From: Vicugna vicugna
Taxonomy: Eukaryota
Direction of reading: 5' to 3'
Assembly (NCBI GenBank): GCA_013265495.1
Contig: MU058868.1
Location: 248,001 to 312,000 of the forward strand
Length of the DNA stretch: 64,000 bases
This document shows, piece by piece, positions 35,852-46,262 of the stretch (position 1 is the first letter of the stretch; each line of letters opens with the position of its first letter). Below the pieces are notes generated by a model, which saw nothing but the letters and a program-made list of their open reading frames with translations, was not told where the DNA came from and made no database searches. Both the position numbers and the translations under genes were made by a program.

Positions 35852-35883
35852 GCTCAGACCTGTGCTTCCTCCCAGGCCCCACC

Positions 35884-36036
35884 ATGTCCAGGCCCCAGAG
35901 CCCAGAGCCGGCCCTGAATGTGCAGGGAGCCTCCTCCATAGGCCCAGGGGATGAGGACGCTGCCGACGGGACCCAGCACTCACACCGCATGCTCAGCTTC
36001 AGTGACGCACTGTTGTCCATCATTGCCACTGTGATG
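35884..36036 (+). CDS. TMEM175: TMEM175 exon 2 coding part (153 nt)
   Basis: CCACC-ATG; MSRPQSPEPALNVQGASSIGPGDEDAADGTQHSHRMLSFSDALLSIIATVM; donor GTCCGT. Confidence 0.96.
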
Positions 36037-39000
36037 GTCCGTGTGGGCCCCGCCCAGACCCCAGCCTGGGTCCCCACCGCCTCCTGAGCTCCCCAGGCCC
36101 CAGGCAGCCAAGGGGGTGGGAGGAGCAGCCCAGGGCTGGCTCAGGTCCCCAACACCATGGCATCCAAAAAGCAGTCAGTGCCCAGCCTGAGAGCTGTCCC
36201 TCGCATCATTTTGTGTCTTGTTCCCGTAGATCCTGCCTGTGACCCACACGAACATCTCCCCGGAACAGGTACTTGGGGGCAGTCTGCAGCACCTGGCATG
36301 TGGGTGAGGGTCCAGAGGGCTCACAGTCCATGAGCTGGAGGTGGGGCTCTGTGCGGGCGCTCCTGGCTGGGACCAGGGGCCAGGCCGACTGACACTTCCC
36401 CCAGCGATGCTGGTCAGCCTGACCCTAGCCTGCAGACAAAGGTGTGCCCTCGGCTGAACCCTGAGGAAGCTTGAGGAGGGAAGGGGTGCTGATGGCTGGT
36501 GTGGGACCTGTGCCACCTGGAGTCTCTGCCAGTCACTCCTGGAGTGTCACTCAGAGTGGGTGCTCGGGGAGCAGAGGGCGGCCTGCCTGCCTGACCAGCG
36601 GGCCCAGTGGCCGGCAGCCTCAGGAGATGCTCCCACCTGGGCCTGCGTGATAAACGGACACTTGTGGTTTTGCCATGGAGGCAAGTGGCAAACCAGGTTT
36701 TTTAAAGCAGAGTTTCTATTTATAGCCAACTTGGAGTATTTCCGTTTTATAAGTAAGATGGTGATTAAGGTAGCACCTTAGAAGCCTGACATGGTTATGG
36801 AAGTCCTCCAGAAGCCCCTGGGCATGCGTGTGCAGGTGTGGCTCCCTGGGCCTCCTCTCCTGAGTGAGTGTCACCTCAAGGCACCTGGGTGCACAGCGCT
36901 GGGTCCCGTATGCATGGCCCCGGTCTGGCTCTGGTCCGACCAGCACATTCAGCCTGGAGGCCACTGGGGTTCATGGGAGTGTGGGGTTTGGCCTTTACAC
37001 CTGTGGGAAGGTGACGACGCTGCTTCTCATGTGCTTGGGATGCGAACTGAATGGAAATGCAGGTCGAGCCAGATGTTGGCAGCCGGCCCCCGGCATAATA
37101 AGTAAAGGGCCCTGTGCAGCTCCCTCTGCTCCAGGGCCCCTCGAAGGGGCCTGGTGCTGAGTGCTGGCCGAGCTCAGGAAAGCCGTGTCCCCCCAAGGGG
37201 CCATGGTACTCACCTGGCTGCGCTGGAACCTTCTGGGGACCTTGGTGCCACCAGTTTCAGAATGGGGTTGTGGGTGTGTGCACGTGAGATGCCAGGAGGT
37301 GACACGGGGACATACATGAGGCTAGATCTCCTCACCTCTCTACGGTCAGGGTCATGTTCTTGGAGGTCATGAGTTCTGCTGAGAAGTCATCCCTCTCTCT
37401 GCTGACTAGTTCTCGAGAGCTCTGAACAGAAGGGCCCGCACAGCGGTTGGGTGCCTCCTTCAGAGAAGGTGTTGCCAGGACATGACAGGAGAGTCCTGAA
37501 GGCCACAGGACCCACCGGTGAGGCAAGGAGTGGCTGCTCATGTGGGTGCAGAGAACCAGCAAGAATGGGAAAGGCACCAGCGCCACACTTGGAGGTCTCA
37601 CTGAGGAAGCCCAGCCTACCGCCCCACCCAGCACCCTGCGCCAGGCGACACTTCTCCTGGAGGACTGTTACCTGGCAATGCTGTAGCTCCCGTGGCAGCA
37701 CGGGCCTTGCTGCCACAGGACCCTGCCATGGTCCTGGAGTGGCTCGAAGGAACCTCTCTGCCCGGGAGCTGGCATTCTGGGGGATCCGCCCAGGACCCTG
37801 GAATGTGCATCTGTGACCAGGGCCTGGACAGAGGCCGAGCCTCTCAGCGCTTCTCCCGCCCTGGGGTCTCAGTGCCCTGTGGCGGGGCTGCTGGGTGCAT
37901 GCAGTGAAGCTGTCTCTGACGTGATGCTCTTCTGTTCCAGGAGTTTGACAAGAGCATACAGAAGCTTCTAGCAACCAGAATTGCCGTCTACCTGATGACA
38001 TTCCTCATTGTGACCGTGGCCTGGGCAGCACACACGCGGTATGGGGCCGGGCCAGGGCCTCTCCCCAGGCTGACGCCCACATTTTTGGCGGCTCGGCGTG
38101 TGTGCCCAGTATGGCCTGGGCCTGCTGAGGGCCGGGGGCAGCACGTGTGCCCTGGGCCCTGAGCCACCCACTCTCGGGGTGGGCCGCGGCTGAGCACCCA
38201 GGAGGGGGTGTTAGTGGGCCCCTCCCCCTCACCGCAGGTTCGTGCTCAGGCCTCTGTGTTCCCATCTGCTCACAACCATGACGGGGCTTCCCACCCCAGG
38301 CCCAGGACGTGAAGGGCGGTGGCGTGTGAACACAGGCCCACGCTGCCCGTGTCGTCTGGGCCGGGCACGGCGCTGCCGCCTGCCTGAGCCACTGTGCAAC
38401 CTCGCGTTTGCAGGCCCCTCCATCCTGGTCCAGACTCTGGGGAGGAGAGTGGAGGCCTCAGGACACAGGAGTCGGGCCTGAGCTTCCTCTTTGGGGGGAA
38501 GAGGTTCCTTAGGACCCAGGGGACGTCTGAGCCCCAGGCCAGGGCAGGGAGAACCCCAGGGATGGGCTCTGGGTGGGAGGGGAGGTGCTGACATCTGGGT
38601 TACATATGTTCTCTGACTGGGGGTGCTGAGGGTGCCGGAAGCCCAGGAGCCCGTGAGGCACTGGCGTGTCCCTTAAAAGTGTCTCTTAACATTTTATGTC
38701 ATGTACTTGCTTTCAGCAAAGTGATTTTCTGGTGGGGACAAGTGATCCTCTAAAGGCTTTGAGGGGCCTTTTCTCTTCTGCCTCCCTTGTTCACGGAAAG
38801 CAAGGAGGCCCAAGGGCTGGCGAAAGCCAGGTGGGCCACAGCTGCCCTGTCTAGTCCTGCTGGTAGCTGTACAGGCTGCTGGCACAGTAGCGTGGACAGG
38901 GCCACAGGTGCCTCGCGTGGGGGCGCGCTCAGCAGAGGCCACACCCGAGAGCTTGAGGCCTAGCTTCCAGAAGTGGCACAGGTCCACCCTGGGGCCTTGT

Positions 39001-42000
39001 CACCCAGGGCTCAGTGGGTCGCCAGTGGGGACAGGGCCCCTTCCTCTGACTTAGAGAAGCGCCCAGCCCCAGAGCCAGCCCTGAGTACCAGCCCCGAGAG
39101 GCCCTGGAGGCCCCTGGCTGGGTGCAGACCTCCTAGGTCGCGGACCGAGGCCGCTGAGCGCAGCCCAGGAGAAGGCCACATGCTCAGGGGGACACGGACG
39201 GCTTTCAGAAGGGATGCTAGTTTCCAGCCCTGAGTTGACCCTTGGTGACTCTGCCTGTCCCCGGCCCCTTTCCGGTCTCTGGTCACGTCTTCCCGCCTCC
39301 GTGGACCACCATTTCATCTCAGGAGCATGTTTGGTGCTGGTAGGACCACGTTTATTGATGGTGTGACTTTCCCCGTCTCCCTCCCATTGTTCAGATTGTT
39401 CCAGGTTGTTGGGAAAATCGACGACACGCTTGCCCTCCTCAACCTGGTGAGCTTCTCCCTTCACTGTGGGGGTGGGGGTGCTGCCTGCTCAGCCCCCTGA
39501 TGCCTCTGGGTGGCAGGGCCTGGGACCCATCTGCTGGCCGGCCACCTGGAGTGGCCTGCCCTCCCTGACCCCTCCCCTCCTCTTCCCCAGGCCTGCATGA
39601 TGACCATCACCTTCCTGCCATTCACAGTGAGTCACAGGGATCACCCCTGGTGTCCCTGGTGCCCTGCAGAGCACCACCCTGGGTCCAGCCTGTCCTCCAC
39701 TGGGCGAGAGGCCCCAGACCTAAGAGGCTTCCTCCTCAGAAGCTCTCAGACCACTGGGTGGTCCAGGGTGTGGACCACAGAGTTGCAGGGAAGGGTCTGG
39801 GGGAAGAGGTGTAACTGGGGTGTCCAGGCTCGATGGAGAGGGGAGGCCTCCAGGGCCCAAGGAGGGGTGTTCCCTCTGTGCTCCCCGGCCCTCCCAGCTC
39901 CCACCAGCCCCCCGAAGCCCATGGCCTCCCAGCCAACCTTGGCTCGTCCCCGGAGTGTGACCCCCACCGCCTCCTCAGCCAGCAGCTCCCTCTGAATTCT
40001 GAAGGAGGACGTGCTCTGAGTTCAGTGCCTCACAGAACTGAGGTTGGGGATTGTCCGCGAGTCTGATGACATTTCGGCTCTAAGTGCTTAAAGCCCTCGG
40101 ACTCGCTCTTGGGGAAGGCACACCTCCAGGGCTCTTGCTGCCTTAACTCGAGGCAGCTTTGCCGCTGCCCAGGCACAGCCCAGCTGACGCACAGAAGGCT
40201 CCGGGGCCTGGGCCTGAGACCCTGACCCAAGGCCTTTGTCGCTGCAGTTCTCCCTGATGGTGACCTTCCCCGACGTGCCGCTGGGCATCTTCCTGTTCTG
40301 CATGTGTGTGATCGCCATCGGGGCTGTGCAGGTGGGACATGTCCTTGTCTGCTCAGGGCCTGGGCCCCTGCGCTGATGAGCACAGTGAGATGGGGCCGCC
40401 GGCACTTTCGGGTGCTCTGGAGGGGAGCAGGGCTCTCTGAGACCCCCACACGGTCTCGGGAGCAGAGCAAGGGCTCCTGTCCCCCCTGCACCCCCAGGAT
40501 ATCCTGCAGAGCCTCACAGCAGAACCCTGCGTCCCTGAGGGTCCCCACTTGTATGTGTGGGAGGAAGGTGGGCACTGGCCAGAGGCCTCTGCTCCAGCCC
40601 TGCTGCCCATCTCTCCTGCAGGCACTGATCGTGGGGTATGCGTTCCACTTCCCCCACCTCCTGAACCCCCAGATCCAGCGCTCCGCCCACCGGGCGCTCT
40701 ACAAGCAGCACATCCTGCGCATCATCCTCCGAGGCCCCGCGCTGTGCTTCGCAGCGGCCGGCTTCTCCCTGTTTTTCTACCCTGCGGTGAGTAGGGGCAG
40801 CAGAGTGGGTGAGGAGGCCACCCCAGGATGGGGAGGGAGGCTGCGCAGAGGAGGGAGGCACTGAGCTGCGCCAGGGCCCCTGGTGCCCTGGAAGCTGGGG
40901 CGGGGGGGAGACTCACACCCACTCCCCACAAGGGGGACAATGGGGGGACAAGGGGGATGGGACGCAGGGGGCTGTGCCTGCCTCCTCTGTTGAGGGGGCA
41001 GGGTTAGAGAGAAATTCCAGAGCCGGAAAGATGGAGGGAGTGGAGAAGAGGGAGGTGAGTGGTGAGTGGAGCCCAGCCCGGGCACAACTTGCCCGAGTGC
41101 GGGAAGAGATGGCCGTGCAGATGTGTCTGGCTCTGTCCCCAGCTCCCCTGAGTGTGCACAGTTCTGCGTAAGGGAACGAGATGCCTTAGCAACATCCTAG
41201 CCAAGCCGCAGGGGTCAAGGCTGGCTGAGACCCCCCTCTTGGCCAGCAGCTAATTTAAGAGGAACATTGTTCTAGTGACGCTTCCATCATCCAGGAGCCA
41301 AGGTGAGTTCTGACAAGCCGCTGTCTCAGAGCTGCCTAGAAGCTTTAGGCACGGCTCCTGGCTCTACTTGAGCACCAGAGAAGTAAAGTGAACGTTTAAA
41401 CCTAAAGCGTCCAAAGAATTGTGGAAAAAATGAATGGTTCACGTTATTTTAAATCTCTAGTGTTTCAAGAGAATTCCAAGTTTAACACAAATAGGCTGGC
41501 AAGGGCTGCAGGGTTGTTCCCTGAAGGATGGGGCTGGGCGCTGGGGTCCACGGCACACCCAGGTCAGGCCAGGGGCAGGCAGAGGGGAAGGTGGACACCC
41601 CAGGTTGGAGCAGACCTAGGGCCTCTGCCTGCTTTCCTCAGACTTGAACGTGATTGCTGTGCGAGAGGAGGGCCCAGCTCCCGCTGGTGGGAGGCGTGCT
41701 GCAGGGGCCCTCAGGGTCAGGCAGGGTGCCCTTGGCTGTGGCTTCAGCAGAGCCGCTCCCTGTGGACAGAGCAGGGCCAGCCAGGGCCAGCAGGGAGGGA
41801 TGGAAGGATGGGGTTATGGGGCAGCAGGTCTGAGGCCGCATCTGCATCCTGGTTTCAGTGGGACACCCCTCCTGTCTGTGGATAGGGTCAGGGTTAGGGT
41901 GAGGAGGACGGAGGGACAGCTGGGGTGTGGCACATGGGGCCTGGCAAGGAGAGGCGAGCAGAGTGGAGGACACGGGGGTCTGTGCGCAGTAACAGGACCC

Positions 42001-45000
42001 AGACGCTGGGCAGGGAAGGAAGGGATGGGTGGGCCACAGGGGCCAGGCTGGCAGTGCACAGCGTGCTATGGGGGATGGTGACCAGGCCCTGGCGGGATGG
42101 TGGCAGCCGGGGAGGGACACCTGGGCCGACACACTGGGAAAGGGGAGGGTCCTCGGTGGGGCTAGGGAGCCTGGGTGGTCAGCGCATGCGGCAGCCTCAG
42201 AGAGAGCAGTCATCTCTCTGTGCGGCATTCTTCCCACTTTCCTCTTTGTCCCCCTTCCCTGGCCTCCTTGCCTGGGCCCCTACCCGTCATCACCTGTGAC
42301 ATAGCTTGTCACAGCCTCCCCACCCCCAGGCCCACCTACCGCAGCCTCCCTGCCAAGCCATGGCCATCCTCCCAGGCGTCCTCGCCACCCTTCCCCATCC
42401 GGGACACTGCTGGACCCACCCTCCAGGTCCAGCCACTGCTCACTGCCCTGACTCAGGTCGTTCTGACCTCCCTCTGGACCACCTTCCTCTGCTGGTGACA
42501 CTCAGGTCCCAGGGCCTCTGCCCTGAGCCCCTCATGCCGGTACTGGCGCCTGCTCCCCCTGGACTCACATCCCTCCAGACCGGGGCAGGGTCCCCCGACC
42601 TCCACTGTACTCGTGTTCCCTGTTGTGTGTTGTTTCCTCCTGTCCCGCAGCACCTCCCACCCCATCCCCTCCTGCCTTCTCCCAGAGCCCCTGCTCTTAC
42701 CTGCCTCACACCTGGGATCCGCCCCCCACCCCGTGTGTGTCTGCCGAGTGACATGTGTGACTTGTCACGTGGAAACTGGGTAATAAGCAGGCCTGTGAGG
42801 CCAGCCTGCCCTGTCTGTTTACAAAGTGCCCCTTGTTTCCCTGAGTCCTCTGGCCACGCCAGGTGACGTGGACACACAGCCAGGAAGGACGGGCGGGAGC
42901 CCTTCCGTGAGGGTGGGGCACAGGGTGGGGCGGTGGGACCACCTCGGATTAGAAACACTCCTGGCCTGCCATGCTCCCCTGTTCAAATAATTGGGTTTAT
43001 GCATCACATGGAATTGACCGCTGTGGCTGTTTTAAAGTGCACAGCTCAGCAGCATTAATTTCAATCACATCGCTGTGCACCCATCACCCCTGTCTGATCT
43101 TAGAACTTTCATCACCCCAAACTGAAAGCCTATACCCATTAGCGGTCACTCCTGACTCCTCCTCCCCTCAGTCCCAGGAAACCACGAATCTACTTTCTGT
43201 CTATACAGACTTGCCTGTTCTGGGTATTTCACATAAACAATCACAAAATATGAGGCTTGTGTGTGTGGCTTCTTTCACGCAGCGTGTGTTCAAGGATCAC
43301 CCCTGCTGTCACAGTGTCAGGACTCCCTCCCTCCATCAGCCACTGGTGGACGGGCCACATCCTGCGTCCACGATACTTGCATCTCAGCTGCTGTGAATAG
43401 TGACGCATGAACGTGGGTGTGCGAATGTCTTTTCGAGACCCTGCTTTCAGTTCTTTGGGGTTTATACCCAGAAGTGGAATTGCTGGATCCTATGGTAATT
43501 ATCTGTTTTAATTTCTTGAGGACATTCTGTTCTGTTTTCCACAGCAGCAGCGCCATCTTACGTCCCACCAACAGTGTGCGAGGGCTCCAGCCTCCCTGTC
43601 CTCGCTGCCGCCTGTCCCCAGGCGTGCGGTGCTCTCTCGTGGTTTGGATTCGCGTCTCCCCGAGGACTGGTGGTGCTGAGCACCTGTCCCCGTGTGTGGG
43701 GGCCACGTCTCTCTTCGGAGAAATGTCAGTTCAAGTCCTCTGCCCATTTTCCAGTTGGTTACTTGTCTTTCTGATGTGGAGCTGGAGGAGCTCCCACACG
43801 TGCTGGACACGAGGTTCTTCTCTGACAGGAGGTTTGCGCATGCTCCCAGCCTCCTGGTAACACTCCCTGACGCACAGCAGGTTTGCATCTTGATGGGGAA
43901 CGAGCCGCCGGTCTTGCTTCTGTTGCTTGTGCTGCCCTCCCTCTGGAGCAGATGGCTCCAGGGTGGGATTCCTGAGTCCGGCCCTCGGTGGAGGTGCCAA
44001 GCCCCACTGACACACCCGTGTCTCCTGCAGTCGTACCTGCTGATGGTGACAGTCATCTTCCTCCCCTACGTCAGCAAGGCCGCCAGCTGGTGCCGAGGCA
44101 GTCTTGTGGGTAGGTGCCTGGGCGGGCTAGAGTGGGGGCCTCGGAGCACCCTTGCCAGCCGGGCGTCCCTGCAGGGTCCTCTCCCCTGGCCTGCATGCTC
44201 CGGCCCCTCAGGCAAGAGGGCAGTGACCCCCAACTGGCCCCGAGGCCCTGAGGGCTTGGCCGCTCTTCCCCCTGCACTCCCGCAGGCCCCAGGGAGCCCC
44301 CAGCTCACAGCCTGGAGTTCTTCACCTTCGACCTGCATGGGCCTCTCAGCAAGGAGCGGGTGGACGCCTTCAGCGACGGGGTCTACGCCATCGTGGCCAC
44401 GCTGCTCATCCTGGACATTTGGTGAGGACCCGCCCAGGCTCCAACCCCAGAGGCCCTGAGATCTCCCTGCCCCCCTCCCCAGAGGGAGCCCCACCCTGAG
44501 GACCCACCTGACTGTGTGGGTGGCTTCTCATCTCCCTATGTCGGTCCCCAAGTTCCACTGAGTTCCTGCCCCCACCCTTCACTGCAGCTCTTCTGCTCCG
44601 CCTGGCCTGCCCTCCAGTCAGTCTGAGTTCCAGCCTGAGTTACTGGCCTTTTATTTCTAACTGTCCTACCTGCTGCTTTTCCAGCCTTCCGTCCTTTTTT
44701 GTAGTGTTTTATTCCTCGGTCACGTTCCGGTTTGTTCTTACTTTGTCAATGTTAAAACACCCTGATTTTCTGTTCTGTTTCTGACAGTCTGCAGTCACGA
44801 CGCTCCCAGTTTTCTCTTGGCAGTGTTTTCTTACTGTCATTTGTGAATTTTTAAGAAGTCGGGAGCAAATGCCCATTGGTACCAGTCTCTGAGGCCTAGA
44901 CCTGTGGTTCTGGAATGAGCTGGCTTTGCCTCTGCCCTGCAGCCAGAGCTATTCTGCAGGTCCCCCCAGCGGGGGCAGCACGGAGTGGCTGTGGGGCCCA

Positions 45001-46262
45001 GGGCCCAGGGGCCCAGGTGCAGACCCCCAGGAAACCCCCCATCTCTGTCCCCTGCTGTTGTGAGGACAGAGGTGGCCCAGGCTGCTTCAGCCCCTCCACA
45101 GCACCCACCACCTCCATGAGGGGAGAAGCCTGGGCCCAGCGTGCCTTCACATTGGTCCTTACAGTGAAGTTCGGCCCAGGAATCAGAACCTCAGAGGCAA
45201 ACCCCCTCAGATCTGCAGGACCACTGTGGACTGCAGGAAGCTGCAGGAGGGTGGACAGACCTCACAAGCCCCCACCCACGTGGGCCAGAGGGGCTGACGG
45301 CTCAGGGCCCAGGCTGCTCACCAGCCCTGGGGGCCAGCAGGCAGGGCTGCCAGTCAGCAGAGAAACCCAAGATGCAGTTAAATTTGAGCTTGTGAGCACT
45401 GAATTGTTTAGTATCCTGCCTGCAGTGAGCACAGATCAAGGAAAACTCAGTGCACGTCATTCATCTGAAGTTGGGGGGGGAGGGCGGGATGCAGCCCCTC
45501 AGGCCTGGGACAGGGTGGGCCAGCAGCCCTGAGCCGAAGCCCTCAGTACGGCTGCTGCAAATGCCACGTGTCTCACTCCTCAGCGAAGACAACGTCCCGG
45601 ACCCGAAGGACGTGCGGGAGAAGTTCAGCGGCAGCCTGGTGGCAGCACTGAGCGAGTCGGGGCCGCGCTTCCTGGCCTACTTCGGCTCCTTCGCCACAGT
45701 CGGCCTGCTCTGGTTCGCTCACCACTCGCTCTTCCTGCACGTCCGCAAGGCCACGCAGCCCATGGGGCTGCTCAACACACTCTCGCTGGCCTTCGTGGGC
45801 GGCCTGCCCCTGGCCTACCAGCAGACCTCGGCCTTCGCACGGCAGCCCCACGACGAGCTGGAGAGGGTGCGCGTGAGCTGCGCCATCATCTTCTTTGCCA
45901 GCATCTTCCAGTTTGCCATCTGGACCACGGCGCTGCTGCAGGAGGGGGAGACGCTGCAGCCCTCCGTACGCTTTGGCGGCCAGGAGCACGCCTTCATGTT
46001 TGCCAAGCTCGCGCTGTACCCCTGTGCCAGCCTGCTGGCCTTTGCCTCCACCTGCATCCTGACCAGGTTCAGCACGGCCATCTTCCACCTCATGCAGATC
46101 GCTGTGCCCTTCGCCTTTCTGCTGCTGCGGCTCCTCGTGCGCCTGGCGCTGGCCATCCTGCGGGCCCTGCCGCGCCTCGCCCTGCGGCCGGCACCCACCC
46201 CGCCAGCGCCTGGGGACCCCAGGGACGACACGCGCTCCCTGCTCCACCCTGCCCCCTGCTAG
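35884..46262 (+). CDS. TMEM175: Endosomal/lysosomal proton-activated H+/K+ channel TMEM175, complete CDS, 506 aa
   Basis: join(35884-36036,36230-36268,37941-38038,39395-39446,39591-39626,40248-40331,40622-40786,44031-44109,44286-44421,45584-46262) = 1521 nt, all GT-AG. Two RxxxFSD motifs (RMLSFSD, RVDAFSD). C-terminus PAPC*. Confidence 0.98.
36230..36268 (+). CDS. TMEM175: TMEM175 exon 3 (39 nt)
   Basis: ILPVTHTNISPEQ; ccgtag / GTACTT. Confidence 0.95.
37941..38038 (+). CDS. TMEM175: TMEM175 exon 4 (98 nt)
   Basis: EFDKSIQKLLATRIAVYLMTFLIVTVAWAAHT(R); ttccag / GTATGG. Confidence 0.96.
39395..39446 (+). CDS. TMEM175: TMEM175 exon 5 (52 nt)
   Basis: LFQVVGKIDDTLALLNL; gttcag / GTGAG. Confidence 0.95.
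39591..39626 (+). CDS. TMEM175: TMEM175 exon 6 (36 nt)
   Basis: ACMMTITFLPFT; ccccag / GTGAG. Confidence 0.95.
40248..40331 (+). CDS. TMEM175: TMEM175 exon 7 (84 nt)
   Basis: FSLMVTFPDVPLGIFLFCMCVIAIGAVQ; ctgcag / GTGGG. Confidence 0.96.
40622..40786 (+). CDS. TMEM175: TMEM175 exon 8 (165 nt)
   Basis: ALIVGYAFHFPHLLNPQIQRSAHRALYKQHILRIILRGPALCFAAAGFSLFFYPA; ctgcag / GTGAG. Confidence 0.96.
42975..43930 (-). mobile_element. L1MB-like 3' end in TMEM175 intron 8
   Basis: TTTAAAGTGCACAGCTCAG, GAATCTACTTTCTGTCTATA, GAAGTGGAATTGCTGGATCCTATGGTAATT. Confidence 0.75.
44031..44109 (+). CDS. TMEM175: TMEM175 exon 9 (79 nt)
   Basis: SYLLMVTVIFLPYVSKAASWCRGSLV; ctgcag / GTAGG. Confidence 0.95.
44286..44421 (+). 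CDS. TMEM175: TMEM175 exon 10 (136 nt)
   Basis: PREPPAHSLEFFTFDLHGPLSKERVDAFSDGVYAIVATLLILDI(C); ccgcag / GTGAG. Confidence 0.96.
45584..46262 (+). CDS. TMEM175: TMEM175 exon 11 coding part (679 nt, stop TAG)
   Basis: EDNVPDPKDVREKFSGSLVAALSESGPRFLAYFGSFATVGLLWFAHHSLF...LLHPAPC*; ctccctcag-type acceptor (ctcctcag). Confidence 0.97.

Noticed and set aside
45450-45583. In-frame ATGs (45489, 45561) upstream of TMEM175 exon 11 suggesting a half-channel isoform
   Set aside because: They lie in intron 10 with no promoter evidence, and a clean acceptor at 45583 explains the frame.
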